Source: Planctomycetota bacterium (GTDB lineage Bacteria > Planctomycetota > UBA8108 > JACQVS01). From it: a DNA stretch of 64,000 bases. Within the stretch, counting starts at the first letter, position 1; every line of letters starts with the position of its first letter. Positions 11,301 through 20,901 of the stretch are shown in pieces. Both the position numbers and the translations under genes were made by a program. Below the pieces are notes generated by a model. It searched no databases. It worked only from the letters and a program-made list of their open reading frames with translations, and was not told where the DNA came from. The stretch lies in assembly GCA_028280485.1 (NCBI GenBank), contig JANQLS010000062.1, forward strand, positions 5,899-69,898. Reading direction: 5' to 3'.

Positions 11301-13064
11301 GCTCAGGCTCTTGTCAAGTACGGTGAAGATGCCACCGATCACAACTTACCTCTGATGCTCTGGTACGGAATTGAAAATCTAGTATCCAAAGATCCTCAGT
11401 GGGGCATGAGCATAGCTGCTGAATCCAATGTTCCGACCGTCTCCCGATTTACGGTAAGGCGATTAGCTGCTGAAGTACGCCATCTCGATCAAATCATTCA
11501 AGCGATCAATCGCACTCCGAGTGAATCCTTCCTCCATTTAATTTTGGATGAAACGATCGAAGCGCTCAAAGGGCACGCGACCTTGGGGATGCCGAAAAGC
11601 TGGGGACTCGCCTTCGATAAACTCATCGCTCTCAACGATGCCAAGATCGAGAGCAAGGCTGAAACCATCGCCGTCAAATTTGGCGATAAGAGAATCTTCC
11701 CCCTCCAGAGAAGAGTCTTGGGGGATTCCAGCCGACCGATCGACCGAAGAAGGCACGCATTAAAAGTGTTGCTTACGGGAGATGACCAAGAGAGTATTCC
11801 CATTTTTCATCGAGTTCTTGCGGAACCCGCCCTTCGATCTGAAATTCTTAAGGGATTGTCTAAATTCAATCACGCCCAAACTCCCGCTGCGATTCTTAAG
11901 GTTTACCCCGAACTAACAGTCAAAGAAAAACTGAGCGCCTTAAACACCTTAGCATCTCGAAAACCCTACGCAGAAAAGTTAGTTCAAGCCTTAGAAAAGG
12001 GAGACATCGCCCGGAAAGATTTAAGTGCCTTTATCGTACGTCAAATCGATCAGGTAGCCGACGATACTCTCCGTTCGCGCTTAGAGAAGGTCTGGGGTGC
12101 GATACGAAAAACTTCAGATGATAAGATTCGAGCGATCGCAAAGTACAAAGAGCTCTTCAATAAAAAGGCGTTGGCAGCTGCTGACCTTTCCAAGGGACGA
12201 GATGTCTTCAGTAAAACGTGCCAGAGTTGTCACCAACTCTTCGGGACGGGTGGGAAGATCGCTCCCGACCTCACGGGATCTAATCGAGGGAATCTCGATT
12301 ACATTTTAGAAAACTTGGTCGACCCGAATGCGGTCGTCGGGAAGGATTACCAACTCAATAATTTCATCACCAGGGATGGTCAGTTGATCTCGGGTTTAGT
12401 GGCGAGTGAATCCGACACCGCCTTGACGATTCAAACTCTCGATAAAGAAGTCGTCGTTGCTAAGAACAATCTTCTCCGCCAAACCCTTTCTCCGAATTCG
12501 ATGATGCCGGAAGGCCTCTTAGATGAACTCAAACCCGCCGATGCGGTGAATCTGATCGCGTACTTAGCGAGTCCCATTCAGGTTTTACAACGGGGGAGTG
12601 ATCTCAAGGTCGATCCGAAAACCCATAAGATTCCTGGCGTAATCGAGGGAGAATCACTCAAGATCAGTAAGCCGACGGGAGGCTCGGTCTCCATTCAAGG
12701 AATGAACAATTTCGGGGCTGGCAAATGGAGCGGCAACAAGCATGTTTGGTGGGTTCGAGGTAAACCGGGAAGCAAAATTCAATTTGAGTTCCCCGTCAAA
12801 AACGATGGCTTGTATCGAATCGAACTCGGTATGACGATGGCTGTAGATTACGGCGTATTCAAATTTAGAGTCGATGGTGAAGACATCGGGGGAGCCGTCG
12901 ATTTGTACGATAAAAACGTCATTCCCACCGGCCCCGTCGTCATCGGTGAGAAGAAACTCTCACCCGGCAAACACATCTTGGAAGTCGAGGTGGTCGGATC
13001 CAATCCGAAAGCCGTCAAAGCTCATATGTTCGGCTTGGATTACATTTATTTGAATCGGCAGTAG
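8382..13064 (+). CDS. secreted PVC-type heme-binding CxxCH protein (membrane-bound dehydrogenase-like domain) with N-terminal FG-GAP/VCBS repeats
   Basis: Signal peptide; repeated DxDGDGxxD motifs; MTFPEGFEVELAAGEPLVHQPVAF propeller start; HEAT-like region (RLRALWAL); CQSCH ... APDLTG ... SMMPEGL cytochrome c; C-terminal beta-sandwich. Confidence 0.9.
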   Translation: MSHRCFPLSYLLLVAVTFLTLTVASPLNSDEQNYWIHTFKHHELSDKFYSEGATFGDIDGDGNNDIISGPFWFEGPDFKTRHEFYQPKVFNVKGYSNNFFPYVYDFNKDGKNDILIIGFPGQDASWFENPGKKTTHWKRHLVVDEVSNESPSFTDIDNDGKPEIVGISKGRYGYSEFNWDKPHEKCRFIAISPDHKYGRFTHGMGVDDVNGDGRKDLIEKNGWYEQPSKLDGSLWKHHRFDFVPGTAQKVGVPGAGGAQMYAYDVDGDGDQDIITSRNAHNWGLVWYENLASNGAKVGQFHPHLIMGRPDEPAKYSLRIAQLHGIDLVDMDGDGLKDIVTGVRVWAHYGDKSAEPPGKVYWFKLVRQKDKTVDWVPQKIDHNSGVGVMVKAGDVDGDQLPDVVVGNKKGIYYLKHQRTKATRAAWKRTQPKVFHTKGLSPQQAVEEMTFPEGFEVELAAGEPLVHQPVAFTVDSKGRLWVAEAHTYPTRVGGTKGKWNAGKDKIVILEDRDQDGSFETRKVFIENVNLISALEVGFGGVWVGAAPYLLFFPDADKDDRPDGEPKILLDGFGIQDTHETLNSFRWGPDGWLYSCHGIFTHSLVGKPGTPVDQRTPMNAAYWRYHPQRHEVDVFAWGTSNPWGMDFNDYGQAFSSACVIPHLYHVIQGARYVRQAGRHFNKYVYDDIKTIADHLHFVGSLRDHAWWGHEPRTPQNTLDAGGGHAHCGMMVYLGDSFPDTYRNRLYMNNIHGNRINEEITIRNGSGYIGTHSPDIVIANDAWFRGIALRLGPTGDFYFSDWYDKNACHRTNPLVWDRSNGRIYRLSYVGPSGKARRLKVDLQKKSNRELVDLQLHKNDWFVRTARRILQERQPDPTTHKSLMGIVFNNKDTTRRLRALWALHVTQGLQAGHLGVLLKDQDEYIRAWAVQLSLEEPGKFSSLYPSIAKLGAREPSPTVRLYLASALQRLPENFGKQLAQALVKYGEDATDHNLPLMLWYGIENLVSKDPQWGMSIAAESNVPTVSRFTVRRLAAEVRHLDQIIQAINRTPSESFLHLILDETIEALKGHATLGMPKSWGLAFDKLIALNDAKIESKAETIAVKFGDKRIFPLQRRVLGDSSRPIDRRRHALKVLLTGDDQESIPIFHRVLAEPALRSEILKGLSKFNHAQTPAAILKVYPELTVKEKLSALNTLASRKPYAEKLVQALEKGDIARKDLSAFIVRQIDQVADDTLRSRLEKVWGAIRKTSDDKIRAIAKYKELFNKKALAAADLSKGRDVFSKTCQSCHQLFGTGGKIAPDLTGSNRGNLDYILENLVDPNAVVGKDYQLNNFITRDGQLISGLVASESDTALTIQTLDKEVVVAKNNLLRQTLSPNSMMPEGLLDELKPADAVNLIAYLASPIQVLQRGSDLKVDPKTHKIPGVIEGESLKISKPTGGSVSIQGMNNFGAGKWSGNKHVWWVRGKPGSKIQFEFPVKNDGLYRIELGMTMAVDYGVFKFRVDGEDIGGAVDLYDKNVIPTGPVVIGEKKLSPGKHILEVEVVGSNPKAVKAHMFGLDYIYLNRQ

Positions 13065-13086
13065 TAGGATTGAACTAAAAAATCCT

Positions 13087-13256
13087 TTAGTAAGCCCGAA
13101 GCTTTAGCGAGGGATCGGAACGCCAACCAAATAAAAAAGCGCCCTACCGTCCCAGGACTCGCGTGAGCGAATCCCCGAACAACCCACTTCGCCTAACAAC
13201 GTAATTAAAAAATCAGGTCTTAATTTCGCACTATCCCTCGCTAAAGCTTCGGGCTT
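13087..13256. repeat. REP doublet (REPIN-like), family A
   Basis: Perfect 24-bp inverted arms AAGCCCGAAGCTTTAGCGAGGGAT / ATCCCTCGCTAAAGCTTCGGGCTT. Confidence 0.9.
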
Positions 13257-13454
13257 CCCTGGCGTAATTTGCATTAAAGGTCTATAGAATTTGTTAGTTC
13301 GATGTTGAGCGTTGAGTCCTATTCTCCCTCCAGTCCATCCGATAAACCCCTGAATACCATAAATCAGCCTAGTCAGCTTCATTTCTTTACTCTATGGATC
13401 GATGTATCGATAGAACGGTCTCTATCTCCATTCCCTTAGATAAAGAAGTGATCC

Positions 13455-14666
13455 ATGCCTTCAAGTCCAAGCACTCAGAATCCGAATCCCGACCTCAGGT
13501 CTGAAGCGAGTGAACTCTTAGTTCGCCTCTGTCAGATGATTCGCGGCCCCCTAGTCCAGTTGTTAGAAAGTGAAGATGCGAAAGCGCAAATTCCCGGGAG
13601 CCCCTTAGCTCTGGCCCTACGCGAATCGAGCTACCTCGTCAAACTACTCGGGCCTCTTCAAGATCATTTTGAATTGATCACGGGTTCTTTTTCAGCCGAT
13701 CCTCAAGCGACTTCGATCGTTGAATTGATCAAAAACCTAGTCGAAGACTTTCGAACGGAAGCTGAAAAACGTCAACTTCACCTCGGCTTCTTATGTGATC
13801 TCAATCCCGATCATACAGTCGCCATCTTCGACAGTGGTCGACTCGCTCAAATCGTTTCGGCGTTCATTTCAGCCGCCATTCAAACGACGCGTCAAGGCGG
13901 AGTTCAAATCAAATTGAATCAATTGGAAGAACAATTTCAGATCGAAATTGAAGACACCGGAGAAGGCTGGCCCGTTACCTGGCACTCTTTTTTACAAGAA
14001 CGAGACACGGATTTTTCTGCGGAGAAATTGTTAGAAAGTGAATTGCCCACTTTAAACCTCCTCGTAGCTCAAGCTTTAGCTAAAGCCCTTCATATTGAGC
14101 TCGAATTAAAAACAGATCCTAAGTCGGGAACTTTGGTGAGACTCGTTCTACCCCAGTTAGAAAACGCTACCGATCTCACTTCTTTTGAAGACTCCGTGAT
14201 TGAAAATTCAAATGAACTCGAGCGAGAACCTCACTCTCAGAATTTCCGACCCGGTTTAGCGGCTCGAGTTCTCGTGGTCAATGACACCCGCGAGGATCTC
14301 GATTCCATCTACAAAGCCTTAAGTTCGACGGGCGCTCGAGTCAGCTTGGCGAATTCCGGCTTAAAAGCGATAGAAATCATCGAATCGAGCCAAAAAAATC
14401 AAGAGCCCATCGACGCCATCTTGCTCGACATCGTGATGGAAGGGATGGATGGGCGAGAAGTGACTCAAAAACTTCGGTCCGCCGGATATACTCTTCCGAT
14501 CATCGCGCTCACCGATTATGCTCTACGAGCTGAACGGGAAGCCTGCCTTGAGGCGGGCTGTGATGGCTTCATCACTAGGCCTTATGACTTAAGTAAAATG
14601 GTTTTGATGATCAAAGCGGCTTTAGCGAGACGCAGTTCAGAGTTAGCTCCCGTTCCTGGCACCTGA
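13455..14666 (+). CDS. degenerate hybrid histidine-kinase/receiver protein (probable pseudokinase)
   Basis: HATPase-like segment with IEDTGEG and a C-terminal receiver (ILLDIVMEGMDG, IIALT, EAGCDGFITRP); H-box, N-box and G2-box residues are substituted. Confidence 0.8.
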   Translation: MPSSPSTQNPNPDLRSEASELLVRLCQMIRGPLVQLLESEDAKAQIPGSPLALALRESSYLVKLLGPLQDHFELITGSFSADPQATSIVELIKNLVEDFRTEAEKRQLHLGFLCDLNPDHTVAIFDSGRLAQIVSAFISAAIQTTRQGGVQIKLNQLEEQFQIEIEDTGEGWPVTWHSFLQERDTDFSAEKLLESELPTLNLLVAQALAKALHIELELKTDPKSGTLVRLVLPQLENATDLTSFEDSVIENSNELEREPHSQNFRPGLAARVLVVNDTREDLDSIYKALSSTGARVSLANSGLKAIEIIESSQKNQEPIDAILLDIVMEGMDGREVTQKLRSAGYTLPIIALTDYALRAEREACLEAGCDGFITRPYDLSKMVLMIKAALARRSSELAPVPGT

Positions 14667-14712
14667 GCATCAAAGCTGACACTCTTTGAAAGTCCTTGGT
14701 TAAACCACAAAC

Positions 14713-15807
14713 ATGACTCGAAGAACTGAAGAACAAGCACGAGAACTTTTAGAAGAACTCACCCTCTGCCCGGGCATACCCGGTTTCGAAGGCCCCGTGA
14801 GATCTTTGGTCACAAAAACATTAGAGGGACTTTCGAACACCCAGGTCTCAAGAGATGGATTGGGAAGCTTATTGTTCGAAAAATCAGGAACGAGTTCCGG
14901 ACCTCGAATCGCCCTCGACGCTCACATGGACGAAGTGGGTTTTATGGTTCAGAGCATCAGTGAAAACGGAACCATCAAGTTCGTCACCCTCGGCGGCTGG
15001 TGGGGACATGTTCTCTTAGCTCAACGGGTCAACATTCTGACCGACAGCGGCACGATCCCTGGAGTCATCGGAAGTAAGCCCCCTCATTTCCTTTCAGCTT
15101 CCGAACGCAATAAGGTTCAAACCCCCGAGTCGATGTTTGTCGATATCGGAGCTTCCTCCCGAAAAGAAGCCGAGGAATGGGGAGTTCAAGTTGGGGATGG
15201 AATCGTTCCTCACTGTGAATTCATACCGCTTAAAAACGAGAAGATATTAAGTGCCAAGGCCTTCGATGATCGAGTCGGCGTCGGCCTTCTCTTAGAGACG
15301 ATGCTCGGCTTAGAAAATGTAGACCACCCCAATACCACAGTCGGAGTTGCTGCCGTACAGGAAGAAGTGGGTTGCCGAGGTGCCGTGACCTCATCTCATT
15401 TATCCAATCCTGATGTTGGAATTATTCTAGAAGGAACTCCGGCCGACGACACGCCCGGTTTTCCCGTTGATGGTCGCCAAGCGGTTTTCGGCAAAGGACC
15501 TCAGATTCGATTCTTTGATCCCACCGCAATCTCTAATCGTAAGTTGGTACGGAAGGTTCAGGAGGTCGCTGAAGCCAACGAAATCCCGATTCAAATTGCC
15601 GTACGAAGAACGGGAGGGACCGATGCGAAGTCGATCCACATTCACGGCAGGGGAGTTCCCACTGTCGTGATCGGTGTACCAGCACGATATATTCACACCC
15701 ACGTCAGCATGATCCACATGGATGACTACGAAGCAGCCAGGGAACTTTTAGTTGCCTTGGTGCAGTCATTAGACGAAGCGACGGTGAATGCGCTTCATGA
15801 GGATTGA
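14713..15807 (+). CDS. M42 family metalloaminopeptidase
   Basis: DAHMDEVG, AFDDRVG, QEEVG, GGTDA, RYIHTH metal-ligand motifs. Confidence 0.95.
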   Translation: MTRRTEEQARELLEELTLCPGIPGFEGPVRSLVTKTLEGLSNTQVSRDGLGSLLFEKSGTSSGPRIALDAHMDEVGFMVQSISENGTIKFVTLGGWWGHVLLAQRVNILTDSGTIPGVIGSKPPHFLSASERNKVQTPESMFVDIGASSRKEAEEWGVQVGDGIVPHCEFIPLKNEKILSAKAFDDRVGVGLLLETMLGLENVDHPNTTVGVAAVQEEVGCRGAVTSSHLSNPDVGIILEGTPADDTPGFPVDGRQAVFGKGPQIRFFDPTAISNRKLVRKVQEVAEANEIPIQIAVRRTGGTDAKSIHIHGRGVPTVVIGVPARYIHTHVSMIHMDDYEAARELLVALVQSLDEATVNALHED

Positions 15808-15833
15808 TGAGGCAGACAACGCCTAAAAATCAT

Positions 15834-15988
15834 TTAGTTAGCCCGAAGCGCTAGCGAGGGGTGAAAGAATAATTCTACTTTAAAGTTTACTAATGATGGT
15901 TTTGAGTCGTCTCCACGAAACGCAGGTTCAAGGGGAATGAATCTTAAATCAACGCTTTGTCCCCTCGCTAGCGCTTCGGGCTAGTTAA
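15834..15988. repeat. REP doublet (REPIN-like), family A
   Basis: TAGCCCGAAGCGCTAGCGAGGGG ... CCCCTCGCTAGCGCTTCGGGCTA inverted arms. Confidence 0.9.
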
Positions 15989-16006
15989 CACGATGGCTCA
16001 CCTCAT

Positions 16007-16065
16007 AAAAATATCCCCTAAAGGCCATTTCGCAGACGGCGATTGTCCTTTAGGGGATTTTCTTT
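16007..16065. terminator. probable bidirectional terminator hairpin
   Basis: ATCCCCTAAAGG (16013-16024) pairs with CCTTTAGGGGAT (16047-16058); A-rich and T-rich flanks; between convergent genes. Confidence 0.65.
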
Positions 16066-16126
16066 GGTGGATCTCTAGTAGAGGAAAATCCGTTCAGTGA
16101 TTAAGAGTTAATGCAAAGCTTAACTT

Positions 16127-18271
16127 TTACTTCTCTACATCTAAGCGGAAGACATCCCAACTTTCTCCAGAACGATTGGAGCAGAAGATGATGCCTTCAA
16201 AGTCGAGATCCAACCGACTCGAAGGTACAAATGTGGGGTCGAGATCGTCAGCGAAGGACTTGGTGAGGATCTCTTCTTCTTTCTTTTTGATATCGTAGAG
16301 GACGACATCGTATCCGGTATCACTACGGGCAATTTTTCGAGAAAACGCCAAATGATCTCCATGGGGACACCAGGCGAGACCGCGAATCTGATCGTCGGAA
16401 TCTAATGAAATCGGGAGTTGTTCAATTTCTTGGGTTGCGATGTTCATGATGAAGACCTTCGCTCCTCCCAGGCTGTTCGAAACGAACGCTACATGATCTC
16501 CCTTAGGTGATACTGCGGGATAGCTTCCGATGCGATGGGTTCTGAATTCCGTTCCATCGGTACGAACACTACAGATCAAGGCTTTTTGGCCCTGAGCTTC
16601 AAAGCCTAATCGAGCCTTGATCTTTTCGTTTTGTTCTGCCGAAGTGTATTGTGGTTCCCAACGTCGTTCGAAAAAGAGAGTTTGAGGGTCAGAATTCAAA
16701 CTGAAAGCCAAAGAGTTTACAGCGATGTTCATATTCGCGGGAAGCACGGATTCAAGCTTAGAACTCCAGAGAACATGTTTGTAGATGCTGCCACCAAATG
16801 CGCCCACAAATTGATCCCTCGTACAAGAGATGAAGAGTGTGGGATCTCCCTTACCAGCGGGGGCCCAAGCTAAATCGATATCGTGAGCTAAGAGCAATTT
16901 TTGGCTGTCTTCACGAAGTTTGGCATCCGGAAGAAGTTTAAACTCACCCTTGCCTGATGTTCCCGGTTCGACTTCTTTTCTGAAGAAACTTAGATTCCAG
17001 GCGACATTCGATTCAATGGAATCCTGCGGAAGTGAAGCTACCGCTAAATACTGACCATCATTGGAAAGAGCAAAACGGGCTTCGTTTTGTCCTTCACGGG
17101 CTAAGACCTTCGAGAGAGGATAAATTTCAGCGGGTTCTTCTAAAATTTCAAACTCGACGGCAGGGCTCCAGAATTGTTGATCTTCACTCTTCACGCGTAA
17201 GCGGTATTTATTTCCTCGCGTAAAAATACCAGTCGTCTCGGGAATGTATAAATTACCGACGACCAATTTATTCACGGGATTGATATTCTGACCGGATTCA
17301 TCAAAGGTGGAAATCTCAACAGTGAACGATGTGTTTGCGATATTTTCTTCCAGAGTGGCTTCTGTGAATTGCCACTTGATTCTAGGTCGCTCAGAAACCA
17401 AACGAGCACCTGAAGACGGGCTCATAATCGAAGGGACAGGGGGAGCGAAGCGGAAAGTTCTTTCCGTCATCTCGGACTGAACTTCCTCTCCGTTGTGACC
17501 GGTGATCTCAACTTTATAAACTCCCGGAGAAGGAAGAGGTTCTTCGAGGCGAAGAGAGGTTTGATCCACATCGGTTGTAAAAATACTTTTAACAGGCTCA
17601 CCCTCAGCCCCCGCAGTCTTCACGACAAATGTATATCGACTGGCTCCCGGTACTGGATCCCATTCAAATTGAGGACGAGGTTCCTTCAAGGGGCCGGTTT
17701 CTTCAGAAGGAGTGAGGACGATGGGGGTGGCCAAGATCAATGTATGTTCAGAGATCGACCAGTTTGAAACCAACCTCTCTTGACCTTCGGTTTCTTGACC
17801 TTCCGATCGAATACGAATGAAAAAAGTTTCACCCGCCTGGAAGGGGGGATCGAAGCTCTTCTCAAAAATCCCATCCGATTCATCGGCTGAAGTCAATTGA
17901 TGAGTGAGAACCACCGTATCGAAGGTCATCTTCGAAGAAAGTTCAAAGGTGTAACTTTCTGCACCGGGAACGGATTCCCATTTTAAATTGGCGCTCTCGC
18001 CGTAGACCCAAGATTCTTCGGCATCCCGAATCAACTCAGGAGCAGACAATCCCTCAAGAGTTGTTTCTTGCTGATTCGTATCGAGGACACCTTCAGGATT
18101 TCCTTGATTCTCAGGTTGAGTCGTCGTTGGCGCGCAACTTCCAAGAAAGAGTGCGATAACTAACATGAGCGTGAGAGCGAAGGTTTGCTCGCATCGTCGG
18201 GTGAGAGAGTGGAGGCAGTTCAGACTGCCACTAGCGCTAGTCAAAGCGGCTAAGATTTTGGAGTATCTCAT
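16127..18271 (-). CDS. putative lipoprotein with Ig/FN3-like repeats and a C-terminal TolB/PD40-like beta-propeller
   Basis: Lipobox-like ALFLGSC; repeated W-x-x-VPGA-x-x-YTF modules; propeller motifs YPAVSPKGDHVAFVS, LAWCPHGDHLAFS, FCSNRSG. Start uncertain (ATG 18271 or 18166; ORF track gives 18394). Confidence 0.7.
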   Translation of the reverse strand: MRYSKILAALTSASGSLNCLHSLTRRCEQTFALTLMLVIALFLGSCAPTTTQPENQGNPEGVLDTNQQETTLEGLSAPELIRDAEESWVYGESANLKWESVPGAESYTFELSSKMTFDTVVLTHQLTSADESDGIFEKSFDPPFQAGETFFIRIRSEGQETEGQERLVSNWSISEHTLILATPIVLTPSEETGPLKEPRPQFEWDPVPGASRYTFVVKTAGAEGEPVKSIFTTDVDQTSLRLEEPLPSPGVYKVEITGHNGEEVQSEMTERTFRFAPPVPSIMSPSSGARLVSERPRIKWQFTEATLEENIANTSFTVEISTFDESGQNINPVNKLVVGNLYIPETTGIFTRGNKYRLRVKSEDQQFWSPAVEFEILEEPAEIYPLSKVLAREGQNEARFALSNDGQYLAVASLPQDSIESNVAWNLSFFRKEVEPGTSGKGEFKLLPDAKLREDSQKLLLAHDIDLAWAPAGKGDPTLFISCTRDQFVGAFGGSIYKHVLWSSKLESVLPANMNIAVNSLAFSLNSDPQTLFFERRWEPQYTSAEQNEKIKARLGFEAQGQKALICSVRTDGTEFRTHRIGSYPAVSPKGDHVAFVSNSLGGAKVFIMNIATQEIEQLPISLDSDDQIRGLAWCPHGDHLAFSRKIARSDTGYDVVLYDIKKKEEEILTKSFADDLDPTFVPSSRLDLDFEGIIFCSNRSGESWDVFRLDVEK

Positions 18272-18927
18272 TCTGTTTCTCTTCTTAAGTTCCCCAATCC
18301 AGTTTTGAATGGAGTGCTTGAAAGGGTAAGCTAAATCCTCTGAGGACTGTATATCGCATGATTTCAATAAATCAGTGCATACAGTGAACCGCATTCTATT
18401 TCCCTAAGAACGCATTTCATTCATTCTCATCTAATTGTCATCTATTAGAAAACGACTTTAATCTTTAGCTACCGGTCTTCACTCCTGCCAAGATTCCCAA
18501 TTGTGATCTCTCTTATTCTCGCACACCTCTTCCTCTCTTAAAGATCCACTCTCCCGAAGTGTCTCTCTCCTGAAGAAAGAGAAGAAAACGAGCTTTATGA
18601 ATAGAGACCATCATCTTGGGCTATATCATATACAAGGAAGGCGAGAGTCTCCACCCTTCAATCTCCTCAAATCTTACTAGGGTGAATTCTGATATAAGCC
18701 GGGATTCAAGGAATCCGGTCCGTAGCAATTTCGAGTGAATCTCCCAAAGCTTGGGATAAGAGCTGGTAATGCTTCTCGACCTTCTATATCTTAAGCTCGT
18801 AGGGAAAAAATAGACTTTTTTCACCGTGATCCGCTCCATATAAGACCCCGAACAGTTCCTGATTCGAATTCCACAGGGCTAAAATGGACCCACAAATGAA
18901 CTCATCTTCCTCGGGAGAGCTCAAGCG

Positions 18928-19803
18928 TTGATGATCACAACTGGTAAATTTCAGAGATGGAACAGAGAGACTTTGTTAAATAAACTATCGCTTCGTTGCT
19001 CGAATTCGTTACTTCATTCGAGGCCGATACCCTTCCTTCTCTTCTTGTTCATTCTTTTAGGCAGCCAATGGTCCTGCCAAAAGAATACTCCTCAAAACTC
19101 ATCGAAGGCCTCTCAGCCCCAAAATGGAACGGATCCTATGAGCGACAAACGAAAGCTGATGGTTCAACAACTTTCCGAGGGCGAAATTGATGATGCCCGA
19201 GTCTTAAAGGCGATGAGCCAAGTTCCCCGCCACGAATTTATCGAAGAGAAGTATCAAGATCGGGCCTACAACGTCAATACTCCGATTCCCATCGGAGACA
19301 ACCAAACAATTTCCGCTCCTGATATCGTTGCGATCATGACTCAAGCTCTCGAACTCGAACCTCATCACAAAGTACTCGAGATCGGTACCGGTTCGGGCTA
19401 TCAAGCGGCTGTTTTGGGGGAGTTGGTCAAGGAGATTTATTCGGTGGAGATTCGACCGACATTAGCCCGACAAGCTCGTAGCCTCTTAAACAAATTAAAA
19501 TCAGAGGGAAAGCTTCATTTTAATAAGATCGAAGTCATCGAAGGGGATGGGTACAAGGGCTTCCCTGACCAAGCTCCTTACGATGCCATCATCGTCACCG
19601 CAGCGCCCAAAAAGATTCCGGTTGAGCTTCAAAATCAGCTCAAAGTGGGGGGGCGCATGATCATCCCCGTCGGGGAATTCTACCAAGAACTTCAACTCCT
19701 CGAAAAAGTCGATGCCGGAAACGGGCAGACTACCTTTAAAGAAAAAATCATCCATGCCGTTCGCTTTGTGCCCATGATCCAGCAACCCCAATCGGATTCA
19801 TAA
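18928..19803 (+). CDS. pcm: protein-L-isoaspartate(D-aspartate) O-methyltransferase
   Basis: VPRHEF, QTISAP, VLEIGTGSGYQAA, APYDAIIVTAA, VRFVPM; start codon uncertain. Confidence 0.95.
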   Translation: MMITTGKFQRWNRETLLNKLSLRCSNSLLHSRPIPFLLFLFILLGSQWSCQKNTPQNSSKASQPQNGTDPMSDKRKLMVQQLSEGEIDDARVLKAMSQVPRHEFIEEKYQDRAYNVNTPIPIGDNQTISAPDIVAIMTQALELEPHHKVLEIGTGSGYQAAVLGELVKEIYSVEIRPTLARQARSLLNKLKSEGKLHFNKIEVIEGDGYKGFPDQAPYDAIIVTAAPKKIPVELQNQLKVGGRMIIPVGEFYQELQLLEKVDAGNGQTTFKEKIIHAVRFVPMIQQPQSDS

Positions 19804-19815
19804 GGATATTCTTGG

Positions 19816-20868
19816 ATGGCGCCTATCACCTTCGGGGGAAATGACTATCTCGATCTAGCCCGACATCCTAAAGTGCTCGAAGCTTCAATCGAAGCTCTGA
19901 GTCGTGAGGGATTATCGAGCTGCGCCTCTAGAGTATCGGTGGGAACCACTTCGGATCACGTCGAACTCGAAACTCAATTAGCTGAGTTTTTGGAAGTCGA
20001 AGAAGTTGTGGTGCTCTCTTCGGGATATCTGGCTGTACTCGCCGCTTTTGATGCCATCGATTTAGCTGAGGTTGAGTCCCCAACGGGCTATCTCCATTCT
20101 GATGCTCATCCCAGCTTACTGAAAGGGGTCAAAGCTCGTGGACTTCAGGCGGATCCATTCACCTCGAACACGATCCCCAAATCCCAGCAAAACACGGCAT
20201 TCTTCGCTAGCGATGCCTGTGATGGCTTCAATGGAGTGGTGCGTCCGATCCAAGAATTTACCTTCAGTTCCCCCTTAAGTGCGACCCCTCTTATCGTTGA
20301 TGATTGCCACGGCATCGGAGTCTTTGGACCCAAAGGAAGGGGCACTCTCGCTCATTTTGGCTTCGGAGATGAAAAGATCATCCAAATCGGCTCCTTTGGG
20401 AAAGCATTCGGCTCAGCGGGGGGCTTCGTCGCCGGTTCACATAATAAGATCTCTCAAATTCGATCGGGTCCCAATTACCAGGGGTCGACCGCCCTCTCTC
20501 CCGTTTTAGCGAGTGGCGCCCTGGCCGCGCTGAGAATTTTAGAAGAGGAACCCGAGCGAGCAGAGCAACTGATTCAAAAAGGAATAAAGCTTGAATCCAC
20601 GTTGATCGAAGAAGGACTTCCCGTCATCTCACCCGAAGCCAATGAATGCTCGTTTCCGGCGGTGATCACTCTCTCATTGCCCAATCCAGAAATAGCACAA
20701 GCCCTCGCGAGTGATCTTCAATCGCGAGAAATCGATATAGCCCACTTTACTTACGCCTCTAGTGCGAGTTCTTCGAAACTGCGCATTCCATTGTCGAGTC
20801 GACACACCGAAGATGACTTGGAACGCTTGTTGGAGGGTTTGGTGGCTTGTTACTCGCCGACATATTAG
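19816..20868 (+). CDS. 8-amino-7-oxononanoate synthase-like PLP-dependent acyltransferase (aminotransferase class II)
   Basis: NDYLDLA, ASRVSVGT, DDCHGIG, GSFGKAFGSAGG (PLP Lys); divergent, substrate uncertain. Confidence 0.8.
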   Translation: MAPITFGGNDYLDLARHPKVLEASIEALSREGLSSCASRVSVGTTSDHVELETQLAEFLEVEEVVVLSSGYLAVLAAFDAIDLAEVESPTGYLHSDAHPSLLKGVKARGLQADPFTSNTIPKSQQNTAFFASDACDGFNGVVRPIQEFTFSSPLSATPLIVDDCHGIGVFGPKGRGTLAHFGFGDEKIIQIGSFGKAFGSAGGFVAGSHNKISQIRSGPNYQGSTALSPVLASGALAALRILEEEPERAEQLIQKGIKLESTLIEEGLPVISPEANECSFPAVITLSLPNPEIAQALASDLQSREIDIAHFTYASSASSSKLRIPLSSRHTEDDLERLLEGLVACYSPTY

Positions 20869-20901
20869 ATCTAAAATCTCGATTAGATTTGGAATACAAA
20901 T

